Assembly (NCBI GenBank): GCA_965213625.1
Contig: CBDBZU010000004.1
Location: 3,168,001 to 3,232,000, forward strand
Reading direction: 5' to 3'
Length of the DNA stretch: 64,000 nucleotides
Source of the DNA: a bacterium
GTDB taxonomy: Bacteria; UBA8248
Position 1 is the first letter of the stretch. The number at the start of each line of letters is the position of its first letter. A program made the position numbers and the translations under genes. This document shows positions 19,582 through 30,709 of the stretch, one piece after another. Below the pieces are notes generated by a model. That model was not told the DNA's origin and did not search any database. It saw only the letters and a program-made list of their open reading frames with translations.

Positions 19582-22098
19582 ATGACCGACAAAAAAACTC
19601 CGAACAAATCGGCCTCGAAACGCTCACCATCCAGGAGCAATTCCCGCAAGTCCGCATCCAAGCTACTCATCGTGGAATCGCCTACGAAGGTGCGCACCAT
19701 CCAGAAATTCCTGGGTTCTGAATTCGACATCCTCGCGTCGCGGGGCCATGTGCGGGATTTACAAAAAACGGGTGAGCGCAAAATGGGCATTGATGTTCAC
19801 AACGATTTCCAGGCCGATTACGGTGTTATTCACGGAAAAGTAAAGACCATCGACCAGTTGCGCAAGGCGGCGAAAGCGGCGAAAGAGATCTACCTGGCCC
19901 CGGACCCGGACCGCGAGGGTGAGGCCATAGCCTGGCACATTCAGGAACTCCTCGGGGCTTCCGGGGCCGAGAGCGAATTCTATCGAGTGACGTTCAACGA
20001 GATCACGAAACGCGCGGTGCAGGAGGCGCTCGCGAAACCCGGTCGAATCGATCAGAAAAAAGTAGACGCGCAGGAAACCCGCAGAAAACTGGACAGAATC
20101 GTGGGTTTCAAGCTCTCCGGCGAAATACTCTGGAACAAGGTAGCCTTCGGCCTCAGTGCGGGCCGGGTGCAGTCAGTCGCGCTTAAACTGATATGCGAGC
20201 GCGAAGACGCGATTGATGCATTCGAGCCGAAAGAATACTGGAGCATCACGGCGCACCTGGAAAAAGCAGGCTTTGAGCCTCCATTTGAAGCCAAACTGCA
20301 CCGAATCGCCGGAAAAGAGGCGGAAATACCGAACGAAGCCAGAGCGATGGAACTCGCGGAAAAAATTGCCGCCGGCGCTTTGAGAGTCTCCAGGGTTGAG
20401 AAAAAAGAGCGTCGGCGCAGACCGCCCGCTCCTTTCATCACCAGCACTCTTCAACAGGAAAGTTCCAGCAAGCTGCGCTACGGCGCGAAGAAGACCATGA
20501 GCATCGCCCAGTCTTTATATGAAGGGGTGAACCTGGGACGCGAAGCGGGAAACGTCGGCCTCATCACTTATATGAGAACGGATTCCGTACGTCTGGCGCC
20601 TGAGTCCATCGCCGCAGCCCGTTCGTATATCGAGACGAAATACGGGAAAGACCACCTTCCCCGCAAGCCAAACTTCTTCAAGACAAGGGAGACGGCCCAG
20701 GACGCGCATGAAGCGATACGGCCCACCGACGTCGGGCTCACGCCCGATAAGGTGCGCGCTTTCCTGAAACCCGAACAATTCTCTCTCTACAGTCTCATCT
20801 GGAGGCGCTTCCTCGCATGCCAGATGACGGCGGCCGTTTACGACCAGACGAGCGTAGACATCATTCTCGACCGCCAAGAGGATGAGGAACTCCTCCTGCG
20901 GGCAAGCGGTTCCGTCCTTAAATTCAAGGGTTTCTTGAGAGTATATCAAAGCGATTCTGAACCCGGGAACAACACGGACGGCACAAATTCCAAGTCAGCC
21001 GGTTCCGGTAAAGACAGGCTGCTTCCACCTCTCGAGGACGCCGACCCTCTAGCGCTCGTAATATCCGAATCCGCTCCCACCGGCGTCGCGCCCGAGCAGC
21101 ACTTCACCCAGCCTCCGCCGCGCTATACGGAAGCCTCTTTGGTGAAGGAACTCGAAGAAGACGGCGTGGGCCGCCCGAGCACCTACGCGAGCATCCTGGA
21201 CACGTTGGAGAAGCGCAAATACGTCGGCATCGAAAGAAAGCGCAGGCAATTCACCCCCTCCTCCCTTGGTCGGGAAGTGAACCGCCTTCTCATACAGGGT
21301 TTCCCCGACCAGATTGACGTGGGTTTCACCGCAAAGATGGAAAAATATCTCGATGACATCGAGAACGGAACGACGCCTTGGCTGCCCGTGATGAGGGATT
21401 TTTACGACAGCTTCGACAAGAAAATTCAGATGGCAAAAAAAGAATTGCCGAATCTCAAGACGCAAGGAGAGCCCATCGGCAGAATTTGCCCTGAATGCGA
21501 GCGTGAGTTGGTGAAGAAATTCAGCAGAAACGGCTGGTTCATATCATGCTCGGGATACCCTGGCTGTCGTTATTCGGAAAACATTCCCACCGAGAACGAG
21601 TCTGAGCCCGAAGAGACGGAAGATATGGCCCGCATCGAGGAACTCGCCCAGCCTTGCGAGGAGTGCGGCGCACCCATGCAGGCGAAACGAGGACCTTTTG
21701 GCATCTACCTGTCCTGTACGGCATCCCCTAACGAGCACAAGAAAAGAAAAGCGCTCGGCAATGGACAAGCCGCCCCTGCCCCCAAGACAACCGGCGTGTC
21801 CTGCTCTCGCGAGGGTTGCGACGGGGAACTGGTGGAGCGGCGCTCCCGCCGCACCGGAAAGCCGTTCTACGGGTGCAATCGCTTCCCTGCGTGCAAGACG
21901 GTCGCATGGGATTGGCCCGTGGCGCAGTCGTGTCCCTCTTGCGGGAATCCCATCCTTACCATAAAGACCACCAAGAAAAACGGGAACCAACTCGCCTGCC
22001 CCAAAAAAGAATGCGGATATGCGGTAGAATGTCCTCCTGAGCTTCTCGAACGGATGGAAGCCTCGAAATCCACTCCCGCCCAGGAGGCCTCGGCTTGA
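19582..22098 (+). CDS. topA: DNA topoisomerase I (type IA) with C-terminal Zn ribbons
   Basis: IVESPTK, DPDREGE, SAGRVQS, ITYMRTDS, QDAHEAIRPT. Confidence 0.97.
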   Translation: MTDKKTPNKSASKRSPSRSNSRKSASKLLIVESPTKVRTIQKFLGSEFDILASRGHVRDLQKTGERKMGIDVHNDFQADYGVIHGKVKTIDQLRKAAKAAKEIYLAPDPDREGEAIAWHIQELLGASGAESEFYRVTFNEITKRAVQEALAKPGRIDQKKVDAQETRRKLDRIVGFKLSGEILWNKVAFGLSAGRVQSVALKLICEREDAIDAFEPKEYWSITAHLEKAGFEPPFEAKLHRIAGKEAEIPNEARAMELAEKIAAGALRVSRVEKKERRRRPPAPFITSTLQQESSSKLRYGAKKTMSIAQSLYEGVNLGREAGNVGLITYMRTDSVRLAPESIAAARSYIETKYGKDHLPRKPNFFKTRETAQDAHEAIRPTDVGLTPDKVRAFLKPEQFSLYSLIWRRFLACQMTAAVYDQTSVDIILDRQEDEELLLRASGSVLKFKGFLRVYQSDSEPGNNTDGTNSKSAGSGKDRLLPPLEDADPLALVISESAPTGVAPEQHFTQPPPRYTEASLVKELEEDGVGRPSTYASILDTLEKRKYVGIERKRRQFTPSSLGREVNRLLIQGFPDQIDVGFTAKMEKYLDDIENGTTPWLPVMRDFYDSFDKKIQMAKKELPNLKTQGEPIGRICPECERELVKKFSRNGWFISCSGYPGCRYSENIPTENESEPEETEDMARIEELAQPCEECGAPMQAKRGPFGIYLSCTASPNEHKKRKALGNGQAAPAPKTTGVSCSREGCDGELVERRSRRTGKPFYGCNRFPACKTVAWDWPVAQSCPSCGNPILTIKTTKKNGNQLACPKKECGYAVECPPELLERMEASKSTPAQEASA

Positions 22099-23429
22099 GC
22101 GAAAGACTGCGTATCATCGGCGGTGGCTTAGCGGGCTGTGAAGCCGCCTGGCAGGCGGCCAGGCGGGGCGTCGAGGTCGATCTCTACGAGATGCGCCCCC
22201 ACAAGAAAACGCCCGCCCATGAAACCAGCGGATTGGCCGAACTCGTCTGTTCGAATTCGTTCCGTTCGAATTCCGTGGAAAACGCCTCAGGCCTTCTGAA
22301 AGAAGAGATGCGCAAGCTCGATTCCCTCATTTTGCGCGGCGCCGATTCCTGCCGGGTTCCCGCAGGTCTGGCTTTGGCCGTCGATCGAGCCTCATTCAGC
22401 AATACGATCACCGAAACAATTGAAAACGATCCGCGAATCACCATCCACCGAGAAGAAATCAACAATTTAGAGGATAAAACCCTCACCATCGTCGCCACCG
22501 GCCCGCTTACGAGCGATTCCCTCTCCGCCGAAATCGCCCGCCTGACGCAAGGCAAGTACCTTTATTTCTACGACGCCATTTCTCCCATCCTGTACGCGGA
22601 CAGTATCGACATGTCGACGGCATTCAAGGGCTCGCGCTACGGAAAGGGCAACGAAGAAGGCGGCGAGGGCGACTATATCAACCTGGGCCTCAACGAAACG
22701 CAGTATTACCAATTCGTCGAGGATCTTCTCGTCGGCGAGAAAATCCCCCTCAGGGAATTCGAACGCGCCATTTATTTCGAGGGCTGTCTGCCTCTCGAAG
22801 AAATGGCCGCTCGCGGAAAAGACACCCTGGCGTTCGGGCCGATGAAGCCCGTTGGCTTGGAGCATCCCGCAACCGGAGAGACATACTGCGCAGTTGCCCA
22901 GCTTAGGCGCGAGGATTTGACGGGAGACTACTTCTCCATGGTGGGTTTTCAGACCAGACTGCGCTATCCGGAGCAAAAACGCATTTTCTCGACGCTACCC
23001 GCGCTAGAGAACGCGCGCTTTTTGCGCTACGGAAGCCTGCACCGGAACACCTACATCAATGCGCCGCGCCTGATGCGGATCACCCTGCAACTCAAGCGTC
23101 ACCCGCATATTTTCATGGCGGGCCAGCTCACCGGCGTAGAGGGGTACCTCGAATCGGCCGCCATCGGCCTTATCGCGGGAATCAATGCGGCAGCCATTAT
23201 CCATGGGGAACCCATTGCCCCTCCACCCGCAACGACGGCGCTCGGCGCATTGAATCGCTACATCATTGAAGCGAATCCGAGAAATTTCCAGCCCATGAAC
23301 ATCAACTTCGGCCTCTTCCCGCCCCTGGAAAAGCGCGTTCCTAAAAAAATCAGGAAAAAGCACGTCACCAATCGCGCCATCGAGGATCTGGAGCAATGGC
23401 GAAGCAAGCTCGACTCACAAACAGTCTGA
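22095..23429 (+). CDS. trmFO: Folate-dependent tRNA m5U54 methyltransferase TrmFO
   Basis: GGGLAGCEAA, ELVCSNS, YFYDAISP, FEGCLP, GVEGYLES, FQPMNINFG. Confidence 0.96.
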   Translation: MSERLRIIGGGLAGCEAAWQAARRGVEVDLYEMRPHKKTPAHETSGLAELVCSNSFRSNSVENASGLLKEEMRKLDSLILRGADSCRVPAGLALAVDRASFSNTITETIENDPRITIHREEINNLEDKTLTIVATGPLTSDSLSAEIARLTQGKYLYFYDAISPILYADSIDMSTAFKGSRYGKGNEEGGEGDYINLGLNETQYYQFVEDLLVGEKIPLREFERAIYFEGCLPLEEMAARGKDTLAFGPMKPVGLEHPATGETYCAVAQLRREDLTGDYFSMVGFQTRLRYPEQKRIFSTLPALENARFLRYGSLHRNTYINAPRLMRITLQLKRHPHIFMAGQLTGVEGYLESAAIGLIAGINAAAIIHGEPIAPPPATTALGALNRYIIEANPRNFQPMNINFGLFPPLEKRVPKKIRKKHVTNRAIEDLEQWRSKLDSQTV

Positions 23430-24337
23430 GCGAAGCCCGGGAACTTTTTGAAGCGCACCTGCGCGATGAACGCGATAGTTCGGAACACACGCTTCGCGCA
23501 TACGCGTCGGACTTGAAAGACTTTGATGAGTTTCTTACCGATTGGGCGCAAAAGCCGGTTCCACTTGATAAAATCGACTCTCTGGCCATCCGTGGCTACC
23601 TCGGATTTTTGTATCGCAAGGGAGTCTCTCCGACGACGGTGAACAGGCACCTGTCGAGTATACGCAGTTTGTTTCGTTTTTTGAGGCGCGAAGGCTTCTC
23701 GGTGCAGGATCCGGCGGGGGAAGTACCCTCACCCAAAGAAAACAGGCCCTTGCCGACATTCCTGCCAGTCGATGACGCGGTACGCCTCATGGAGATGCCC
23801 GACACATCTACCCCCGAGGGCGTCCGGGACAAGGCGATTTTCGAGCTTCTCTACGGATCGGGGCTGAGAGTCAGTGAATTGACGGGATTGAACCACTCCG
23901 ATTTAAACATGGCGGAAAGGCTCATCCGTGTTCGGGGAAAAGGAAGAAAAGAGAGAATCGTGCCCATCACCAAAGAAGCGGCCAAGGCCGTAACCAGCCA
24001 TCTCGCTATAAAAGAAACAGACGCACCCGAGGATTCTCCTCTTTTCATCAACAAGCGAAACAAAAGGATTTCTCCGGCCTTCGTGCGTTCCATCTTCCGT
24101 ACGTATGAAAAAAAAGGCGGTTTCAGCTATCATTTCACCCCTCATGCCCTTCGCCATACGGCGGCGACGCATTTGTTGGAAAGCCAGGAGGCCGACCTGA
24201 GATCGATTCAGGAACTATTGGGACACACGAGCCTGTCCACGACACAAAGATACACACAGGTGGATTTCTCTCATTTGCGCGCCGTTTATGACGATGCGCA
24301 CCCCAGAGCCAAAATGAAACGCGAACGAGGACGATAA
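23396..24337 (+). CDS. xerC: Tyrosine recombinase XerC
   Basis: GLRVSE, HALRH, LGH, TTQRYT catalytic set; trmFO-xerC-hslVU synteny. Confidence 0.9.
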   Translation: MAKQARLTNSLSEARELFEAHLRDERDSSEHTLRAYASDLKDFDEFLTDWAQKPVPLDKIDSLAIRGYLGFLYRKGVSPTTVNRHLSSIRSLFRFLRREGFSVQDPAGEVPSPKENRPLPTFLPVDDAVRLMEMPDTSTPEGVRDKAIFELLYGSGLRVSELTGLNHSDLNMAERLIRVRGKGRKERIVPITKEAAKAVTSHLAIKETDAPEDSPLFINKRNKRISPAFVRSIFRTYEKKGGFSYHFTPHALRHTAATHLLESQEADLRSIQELLGHTSLSTTQRYTQVDFSHLRAVYDDAHPRAKMKRERGR

Positions 24338-24886
24338 ATGACGACGCAAGATGCAATTATCCGCTCCACCACGATTCTCGCGCTGCGCTACAAGGGACAA
24401 ACGGCACTGGGCGGCGACGGTCAGGTCACAATGGGAGACGCGGCAGTGAAACATGGGGCTGTGAAAATCCGCAGACTCGGGGAGGGAAAAGTGCTCGCCG
24501 GTTTTGCGGGCTCGGCTTCCGACGCCATCGCCCTGTTCGAGCGCTTCGAGGGCAAACTCGAAGAATACCGTGGGAATCTCTCGCGCGCCGCCGTGGAGAT
24601 GGGCAAGGACTGGAGAACGGACAGGGTGCTTCGCCGCCTGGAAGCACTTCTGGCTGTGGCGGACGAGAATACCTCGCTCATCCTCTCGGGCACGGGCGAC
24701 ATCATCGAGCCCGATGACGGCGTACTTGGTATCGGCAGCGGCGGTTCCATGGCCATCGCCGCCGCGCGCGGAATCTTGAGTCTGGAGCCTGACCTCAGCG
24801 CCGATGAAATCGTGAGAAAATCTCTGGAAATCGCAGCGGAAATCTGCGTCTATACCAACAGCAACATTTCAGTGGAAACCCTTTAA
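24338..24886 (+). CDS. hslV: ATP-dependent protease subunit HslV
   Basis: [33 protein letters not shown]. Confidence 0.97.
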   Translation: MTTQDAIIRSTTILALRYKGQTALGGDGQVTMGDAAVKHGAVKIRRLGEGKVLAGFAGSASDAIALFERFEGKLEEYRGNLSRAAVEMGKDWRTDRVLRRLEALLAVADENTSLILSGTGDIIEPDDGVLGIGSGGSMAIAAARGILSLEPDLSADEIVRKSLEIAAEICVYTNSNISVETL

Positions 24887-26244
24887 TGGAAAATCTCACA
24901 CCCACGCGAATCGTCGAGGAACTTGACCGCTACGTCGTCGGCCAAGGAGACGCCAAACGAGCGGTGGCGATTGCGCTCAGAAACCGCTGGCGCAGACAGC
25001 AACTGCCGCCCGAGATGGCGGAGGACGTAGCGCCCAAGAACATTATCATGATAGGCCCCACCGGCGTTGGAAAAACCGAGATAGCAAGGCGCCTGGCAAA
25101 GCTCACGAAAAGCCCGTTCATCAAGGTCGAAGCTAGTAAATTCACCGAAGTGGGCTACGTGGGCCGGGATGTGGAGAGCATGATTCGCGATCTCGTCGAA
25201 CTGGCGCGCAACATCGTCCAGGAAGAACAGCGCGATATCAACAAAGCCAAAGCCCAGGAACTGGCCGAAGAGCGGCTCCTCGACATGCTCTTGCCGCATC
25301 CTCCCGGATTCGGCGCGATGGACGAACGCGGCCAAACCAAGGACCCGCTCGGCGAGGAAAGCTACCAGCGAACGCGGGAGAAGTTTCGCGCACTGCTGCT
25401 CGAGGGCAAACTCGACGATCGTGAAGTGGAGATAGAAGTGGCGGAGAAAGGCCCCGAACTTCACTTCATGGGCGGGAGCGATATAGAGCAAATCGGCATC
25501 AACATGAAGGAAATCATGGGAAACTTCATGCCTCAGGCCCCCAAGAGCAGGCGCATGAATGTGCCCGAAGCTTTTGAATTCCTCGCCCAGGATGAGGCGG
25601 ATAAGCTCATAGACCCGGAAAACCTCAACGCCGAGGCGATCGAGCGCACCGAGCAGTCCGGTATCGTGTTTCTCGATGAAATCGACAAGGTCGCCGCCCA
25701 GAATAACGGAAGAGGCGGGCCCGACGTCTCGCGCGAAGGTGTGCAAAGAGACCTGCTTCCCATCGTGGAAGGCTCCACCGTACAGACCAAATACGGCCCG
25801 GTGAAGACGGACCACATCCTCTTCATCGCGGCGGGAGCGTTCCACATGGCAAAGCCCTCGGACCTTCTGCCAGAACTGCAGGGCCGCTTCCCCATCCGCG
25901 TGGAACTGGACTCTCTGGACCGTGATGATTTCATCCGCATCCTCCAGGAACCCGAGAACGCGCTGGTGCGGCAATACCCCGCCCTTCTGGCGACAGAGGG
26001 CGTCAACATCGCATTCGGGGAAGACGCCGTGAAGGAAGTGGCCGACTTCGCCTTCCGCATCAACGAGCAGACCGAAAACATCGGCGCCAGAAGACTCCAC
26101 ACCATCATGGAACGGCTTCTCGAGGAAATTTCCTTCCGGGCCCCGGAAATGTCCGGCGAAAAGGTGGAGATTGACGCCGCCTACGTGCGCGAGCGCCTGA
26201 GCGACATCGTCGAAGACCTTGACTTAAGCCGCTATATTCTCTAA
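24886..26244 (+). CDS. hslU: ATP-dependent protease ATPase HslU
   Basis: [32 protein letters not shown]-terminal LSRYIL. Confidence 0.97.
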   Translation: MENLTPTRIVEELDRYVVGQGDAKRAVAIALRNRWRRQQLPPEMAEDVAPKNIIMIGPTGVGKTEIARRLAKLTKSPFIKVEASKFTEVGYVGRDVESMIRDLVELARNIVQEEQRDINKAKAQELAEERLLDMLLPHPPGFGAMDERGQTKDPLGEESYQRTREKFRALLLEGKLDDREVEIEVAEKGPELHFMGGSDIEQIGINMKEIMGNFMPQAPKSRRMNVPEAFEFLAQDEADKLIDPENLNAEAIERTEQSGIVFLDEIDKVAAQNNGRGGPDVSREGVQRDLLPIVEGSTVQTKYGPVKTDHILFIAAGAFHMAKPSDLLPELQGRFPIRVELDSLDRDDFIRILQEPENALVRQYPALLATEGVNIAFGEDAVKEVADFAFRINEQTENIGARRLHTIMERLLEEISFRAPEMSGEKVEIDAAYVRERLSDIVEDLDLSRYIL

Positions 26245-26262
26245 ACCTTCTGCCCTTCCCCC

Positions 26263-26292
26263 TTGGCCTTGCGCTTCGGGGGAGTGTATATT
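26263..26292 (+). promoter_or_regulatory. Candidate sigma70 promoter for the arg operon
   Basis: TTGGCC-18 bp-TATATT upstream of argB. Confidence 0.35.
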
Positions 26293-26345
26293 TCTCGGCT
26301 TATGACGAGAGACCCCTATTTTATTGTTTTTTTGAAGGTTTTTGC

Positions 26346-27221
26346 ATGGAACCAAGAGACAGGGCGGCGACGCTGGTAGAAGCGCTTCCCTACATCCAAC
26401 AATTTGCGGGCAAGACCATTGTCGTCAAATACGGCGGCGCCGCCCAGGTGCAACCGGAGCTTCACGCCCCGTTCGCCCAGGACATCGTGCTTCTCAAGTA
26501 CGTGGGTATCAACGTGGTCGTCGTCCACGGCGGCGGCCCCCAAATCGGCGAAACCCTCAAGAAAATCGGCAAGACCAGCGAGTTCATCGAAGGCCTCCGG
26601 GTGACGGATGAGGAAACGGTCGGCGTGGTCGAGATGGTGCTTTCCGGCGCCACGAACAAGAGCATCGTGAGGCTCATCAATCGGCACGGGGGAAACGCCG
26701 TGGGTCTTTCCGGCTCGGACGCCGGCCTCACGACGGCGAAGAAACTGGTCATGAGCAGAAAAGGACCCGGCGGAGAAGACGTGGAGTATGACCTGGGGCG
26801 CGTCGGCGAGGTCCTGACCATAACGCCTGACATCATCCATCATTTGACGGAGGGTGGGTTCATTCCCGTTATCGCTCCGCTGGGCGTTGGGCAGGACGGC
26901 AACGTTTACAACATCAATGCGGATTCGGCGGCGGGCGCCATCGCCGGGGCGCTTCATGCGGAAAAATTCATCCTCCTGACAGACGTGCCCGGCATTCTGG
27001 ATGGAAGCGAAAACCTGATCAGCACCGTGAAGCGCGATGAAGTCAACAGACTCAAAGAAGAGAAAATCATCACCGGCGGGATGATCCCGAAAGTCGACGC
27101 GTGTCTTGACGCCCTCTCATCGGACGTCACGAAAACCCACATCGTCGACGGCAGGGTTCCTCACGCGGTATTGCTCGAAGTGTTCACGAAAGAAGGCGTG
27201 GGCACGCAAATCGTCAGATAG
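26346..27221 (+). CDS. argB: Acetylglutamate kinase
   Basis: EALPYI, VKYGG, VHGGGPQI, NINAD, GGMIPKV. Confidence 0.96.
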   Translation: MEPRDRAATLVEALPYIQQFAGKTIVVKYGGAAQVQPELHAPFAQDIVLLKYVGINVVVVHGGGPQIGETLKKIGKTSEFIEGLRVTDEETVGVVEMVLSGATNKSIVRLINRHGGNAVGLSGSDAGLTTAKKLVMSRKGPGGEDVEYDLGRVGEVLTITPDIIHHLTEGGFIPVIAPLGVGQDGNVYNINADSAAGAIAGALHAEKFILLTDVPGILDGSENLISTVKRDEVNRLKEEKIITGGMIPKVDACLDALSSDVTKTHIVDGRVPHAVLLEVFTKEGVGTQIVR

Positions 27222-27241
27222 CTTCTTTATTGGGGAATAGC

Positions 27242-28435
27242 ATGGACAACGCTACACTGATCTCGGACGCTGAACTCAACGTCGCCCCCACGTACGGGCG
27301 CTACCCCATCGCGTTGGTCCGTGGCGAGGGCTGCCGTGTCTGGGATGCGGACGGAAAAGAATATCTCGATTTCGTGTCCGGCCTGGCGGTGTGTAACCTC
27401 GGGCATTGCCACCCCGGCGTGGTGGCCGCCATCAGGGAACAGGCCGGAAAACTGATCCACGTATCGAACCTCTACCATATCGAGCCCCAGATTGAGCTAG
27501 CGAAAAGGCTCAACCGACTCTCTTTCGGCGATAAGGCGTTTTTCTGTAACAGCGGCACTGAAGCAGTAGAGTCTGCGTTGAAACTCGCCAGAAAGTATTC
27601 GTTCAAAAAATACGGTGAAGGCCGCCACGAGATACTGAGCTTCGATATGAGCTTCCATGGCCGCACCATGGCCTCGCTCACCGCCACGGGCCAGACGAAG
27701 TTTCACGGGGCTTTCAAGCCGCTGCTGCCCGGGTTCCGCTACTTGCCCTTTGGCGATGTGGAGTCGGTTGCCGCCGCGGTTTCGGAGCAAACCTGCGCCA
27801 TCATGGTGGAGCCCATCCAGGGAGAGGGTGGTGTAAACGTGCCGCCCGATGGCTATCTTAAAGGCTTGCGCGAGATTTGCGACGCGAACGATTTGTTGCT
27901 GTTGTTTGATGAGGTCCAAGTCGGGCTGGGCAGGACGGGAAAACTCTGGGCGTATGAGCACGAGGGCGTGGCGCCCGACGCCATGAGCCTGGCGAAGGCC
28001 CTGGCGGGTGGAACCGCCATCGGCGCGCTGGTGGCCTCGGACAAAGCCATGGCGTTCGAGCCCGGCGATCATGCGGCGACGTTCGGGGGCAATCCCCTGG
28101 CCACCGCCGCCGGTTGCGCCGCGATGGACGCCATTACCGCGCCCGGATTCCTCGAAAACGTGCAGGAGATGGGGGCATACGCCACCGCAGGGCTCGAGGA
28201 ATTGGCGACGCGGCACGCCATCATCAAGGAAGTCCGGGGCAAAGGGCTGATCATCGGCTGCGAGGTGGACGTGGACGCGACATCCATCGTCACGAAGGGG
28301 CTGGAAGCGGGCATTTTGCTCAACGTGGCCGTCCAGAAGGTCATCCGGCTCATTCCTCCCCTCGTCGTAGAAAAAGAGATGATCGACAAGCTGATGAATT
28401 TCCTCGATGAGGCCCTCGCGGATCTGGCGAAATGA
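27242..28435 (+). CDS. argD: Acetylornithine aminotransferase
   Basis: NSGTEA, FHGRT, EPIQGEGG, FDEVQ, SLAKAL, TFGGNP; inside arg operon. Confidence 0.93.
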   Translation: MDNATLISDAELNVAPTYGRYPIALVRGEGCRVWDADGKEYLDFVSGLAVCNLGHCHPGVVAAIREQAGKLIHVSNLYHIEPQIELAKRLNRLSFGDKAFFCNSGTEAVESALKLARKYSFKKYGEGRHEILSFDMSFHGRTMASLTATGQTKFHGAFKPLLPGFRYLPFGDVESVAAAVSEQTCAIMVEPIQGEGGVNVPPDGYLKGLREICDANDLLLLFDEVQVGLGRTGKLWAYEHEGVAPDAMSLAKALAGGTAIGALVASDKAMAFEPGDHAATFGGNPLATAAGCAAMDAITAPGFLENVQEMGAYATAGLEELATRHAIIKEVRGKGLIIGCEVDVDATSIVTKGLEAGILLNVAVQKVIRLIPPLVVEKEMIDKLMNFLDEALADLAK

Positions 28436-29370
28436 AAAAGCTCGATTACCTCACCGGCGAGGAACTGAGCGCCGCGCAAACCATTGGACTCATCGAAGAG
28501 GCCCTCGTCCAGAAACAAGAAACGGCGCAAGGGATACTTCGCCCCGCGTTGTCGGGAAAGAACTTTGCGCTCATTTTTGAAAAACACTCCACAAGGACCC
28601 GGGTTTCCTTCGAGGCGGGTCTCTCGCAACTGGGGGCCAGCAGTATTTTCTTGGCGCCGAACGACACGCAAATTGCCCGGGGGGAAACCCCTGCGGACAG
28701 CGCAAAGGTTTTGAGTGAATACGTGGACGGCATCGTCGTCAGAACGTATGCGCATGCGCGCGTGGAGGAAATCGCAGAAAACGCGAACGTTCCCGTCATC
28801 AACGGCCTGACGGACCTTCACCACCCCTGCCAGGCCCTCGCCGATTTCATGACGATGAGAGAACATTACGGAACACTGGATGGCCTTAAGCTCGCCTACC
28901 TGGGCGACGGGAACAACGTGCTGCACTCGCTGCTCATCGTAGGCGCTCTAATCGGCGTCGACATCAGCGCGGCGTGTCCAAAAGAGTATTGGCCAGACTC
29001 CAATATTCTGGAGCAGGCCCGTCATTCAGCACAAGAGTCGAACGCGCAAATCCATATCACCGAGGACGTGGAAGAAGCATGCGCGGGCGCCCACGCCGTT
29101 TATACGGACGTGTGGGCCTCCATGGGACAGGAAGATGAAAACGAGCGCCGCCAGAAAGCCCTGGCCCCATATCAGGTGAACGAGAGAGTTTTCCGGCATG
29201 CGAATAAAGACGCCGTTTTCATGCACTGTCTCCCCGCCCACAGGGGAGAAGAAGTGACGGCGGACGTGATCGACGGCCCCAGGAGCGTCGTCTTCACACA
29301 GGCCGGAAATCGACTCCACGCGCAGAAGATACTTCTTCAATTACTAGCCGGAGGAAATGATGGCGCCTAA
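28432..29370 (+). CDS. argF: Ornithine carbamoyltransferase
   Basis: STRT, HPCQ, GDGNN, DVWASMG, HCLP. Confidence 0.95.
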   Translation: MKKLDYLTGEELSAAQTIGLIEEALVQKQETAQGILRPALSGKNFALIFEKHSTRTRVSFEAGLSQLGASSIFLAPNDTQIARGETPADSAKVLSEYVDGIVVRTYAHARVEEIAENANVPVINGLTDLHHPCQALADFMTMREHYGTLDGLKLAYLGDGNNVLHSLLIVGALIGVDISAACPKEYWPDSNILEQARHSAQESNAQIHITEDVEEACAGAHAVYTDVWASMGQEDENERRQKALAPYQVNERVFRHANKDAVFMHCLPAHRGEEVTADVIDGPRSVVFTQAGNRLHAQKILLQLLAGGNDGA

Positions 29371-30574
29371 GCCGAGCAGGGTGGTCCTCGCCTATTCAGG
29401 GGGGCTGGACACCTCCATCATGCTCAAGTGGATCAAGGAAACATACGAATGCCCCGTCGTGGCCTTTGCTGCGGATGTCGGCCAAGGCGCCGGAGAGCTT
29501 GATGGATTAGAGGAAAAGGCATTGGCCACGGGTGCGGAGTCTTGCCACATCCTGGATTTGAGGGAAGAGTTCGCGCGGGACTACATTTTCCCCATGCTGC
29601 GCGCAGGCGCCGTTTACGAAGGCGCGTATCTGCTGGGAACGTCCATCGCCAGGCCCCTTATCGCGAAAGGCCACATGGACGTGCTCAAAAATACTGGGGG
29701 TGACGCGGTCGCCCACGGCGCGACGGGCAAAGGGAACGACCAGGTGCGCTTCGAGTTGACATACGGTTCCATCGACCCGGACGTCACCATCATCGCTCCC
29801 TGGCGCGACTGGGATTTCGGGGGGCGCTCCCACCTCATCGCCTACGCGGAAAGACACGGCATACCGATACCCGTGACGGCGGAAAAACCATATTCGATGG
29901 ACAGGAACCTTCTGCACATCAGTTTCGAGGGCGGCGTCCTGGAAGACCCCTGGGCGGAACCGCCTGCGGACATGTTCGTCTTGAGCGTTTCGCCCGAGAA
30001 AGCGCCCGATACGCCCGAATACGTCGAAATCGAGTTCGATAAGGGCGACCCCGTCGCCCTGAACGGAGAACCCCTCTCGCCGGTCTCCATGATGGAGCAG
30101 CTAAATGCCCTGGCGGGTGCGCACGGCGTGGGTCGGGTGGACCTGGTGGAAAACCGCTTCGTGGGCATGAAGAGCCGAGGCGTGTACGAGACGCCGGCAG
30201 GCACGGTCCTACATTCGGCGCGCCGGGCCGTGGAATCTCTGACGATGGATAGAGAAGTCATGCAACTGCGCGATTCCCTGATCCCCAAATACGCGCAACT
30301 CGTCTACAACGGTTTCTGGTTCGCGCCCGAGCGGGAATTTTTACAAACCGCCATCGATGGGGCAGCGGAATCGGTTTGCGGTATGGCCCGTGTAAAACTC
30401 TACAAGGGCTCCTGCATCGTCGTGGGCAGAAAAGCGCCCGAAAACATGACCCTATACCGTCCCGACCTCGCCACCTTCGAGGAAGACGAGGTGTATACCC
30501 AAAAAGACGCGGAAGGATTCATCCGCCTGAACGCCCTTCGGCTGCAGGTGCGCGCGCAACGCGACTCTCGTTAA
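29357..30574 (+). CDS. argG: Argininosuccinate synthase
   Basis: [37 protein letters not shown]. Confidence 0.97.
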   Translation: MMAPKPSRVVLAYSGGLDTSIMLKWIKETYECPVVAFAADVGQGAGELDGLEEKALATGAESCHILDLREEFARDYIFPMLRAGAVYEGAYLLGTSIARPLIAKGHMDVLKNTGGDAVAHGATGKGNDQVRFELTYGSIDPDVTIIAPWRDWDFGGRSHLIAYAERHGIPIPVTAEKPYSMDRNLLHISFEGGVLEDPWAEPPADMFVLSVSPEKAPDTPEYVEIEFDKGDPVALNGEPLSPVSMMEQLNALAGAHGVGRVDLVENRFVGMKSRGVYETPAGTVLHSARRAVESLTMDREVMQLRDSLIPKYAQLVYNGFWFAPEREFLQTAIDGAAESVCGMARVKLYKGSCIVVGRKAPENMTLYRPDLATFEEDEVYTQKDAEGFIRLNALRLQVRAQRDSR

Positions 30575-30709
30575 ATCTCAGGACTCAGAACCTAAGATAA
30601 TACGGAATCTTCTATGGAGTGGGAACTCCAAGTGAGGATTTCATGACCTGTGCAGGGATGGAAATGCGCTCATCCTGCCTGCAACACCCTGCCCATTCCC
30701 AAGAAATAA

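Noticed and set aside
23396-24337. Tyrosine recombinase as the integrase of an island
   Set aside because: It sits in the conserved dprA-topA-trmFO-xerC-hslVU context with no att sites or cargo, so it is chromosomal XerC.
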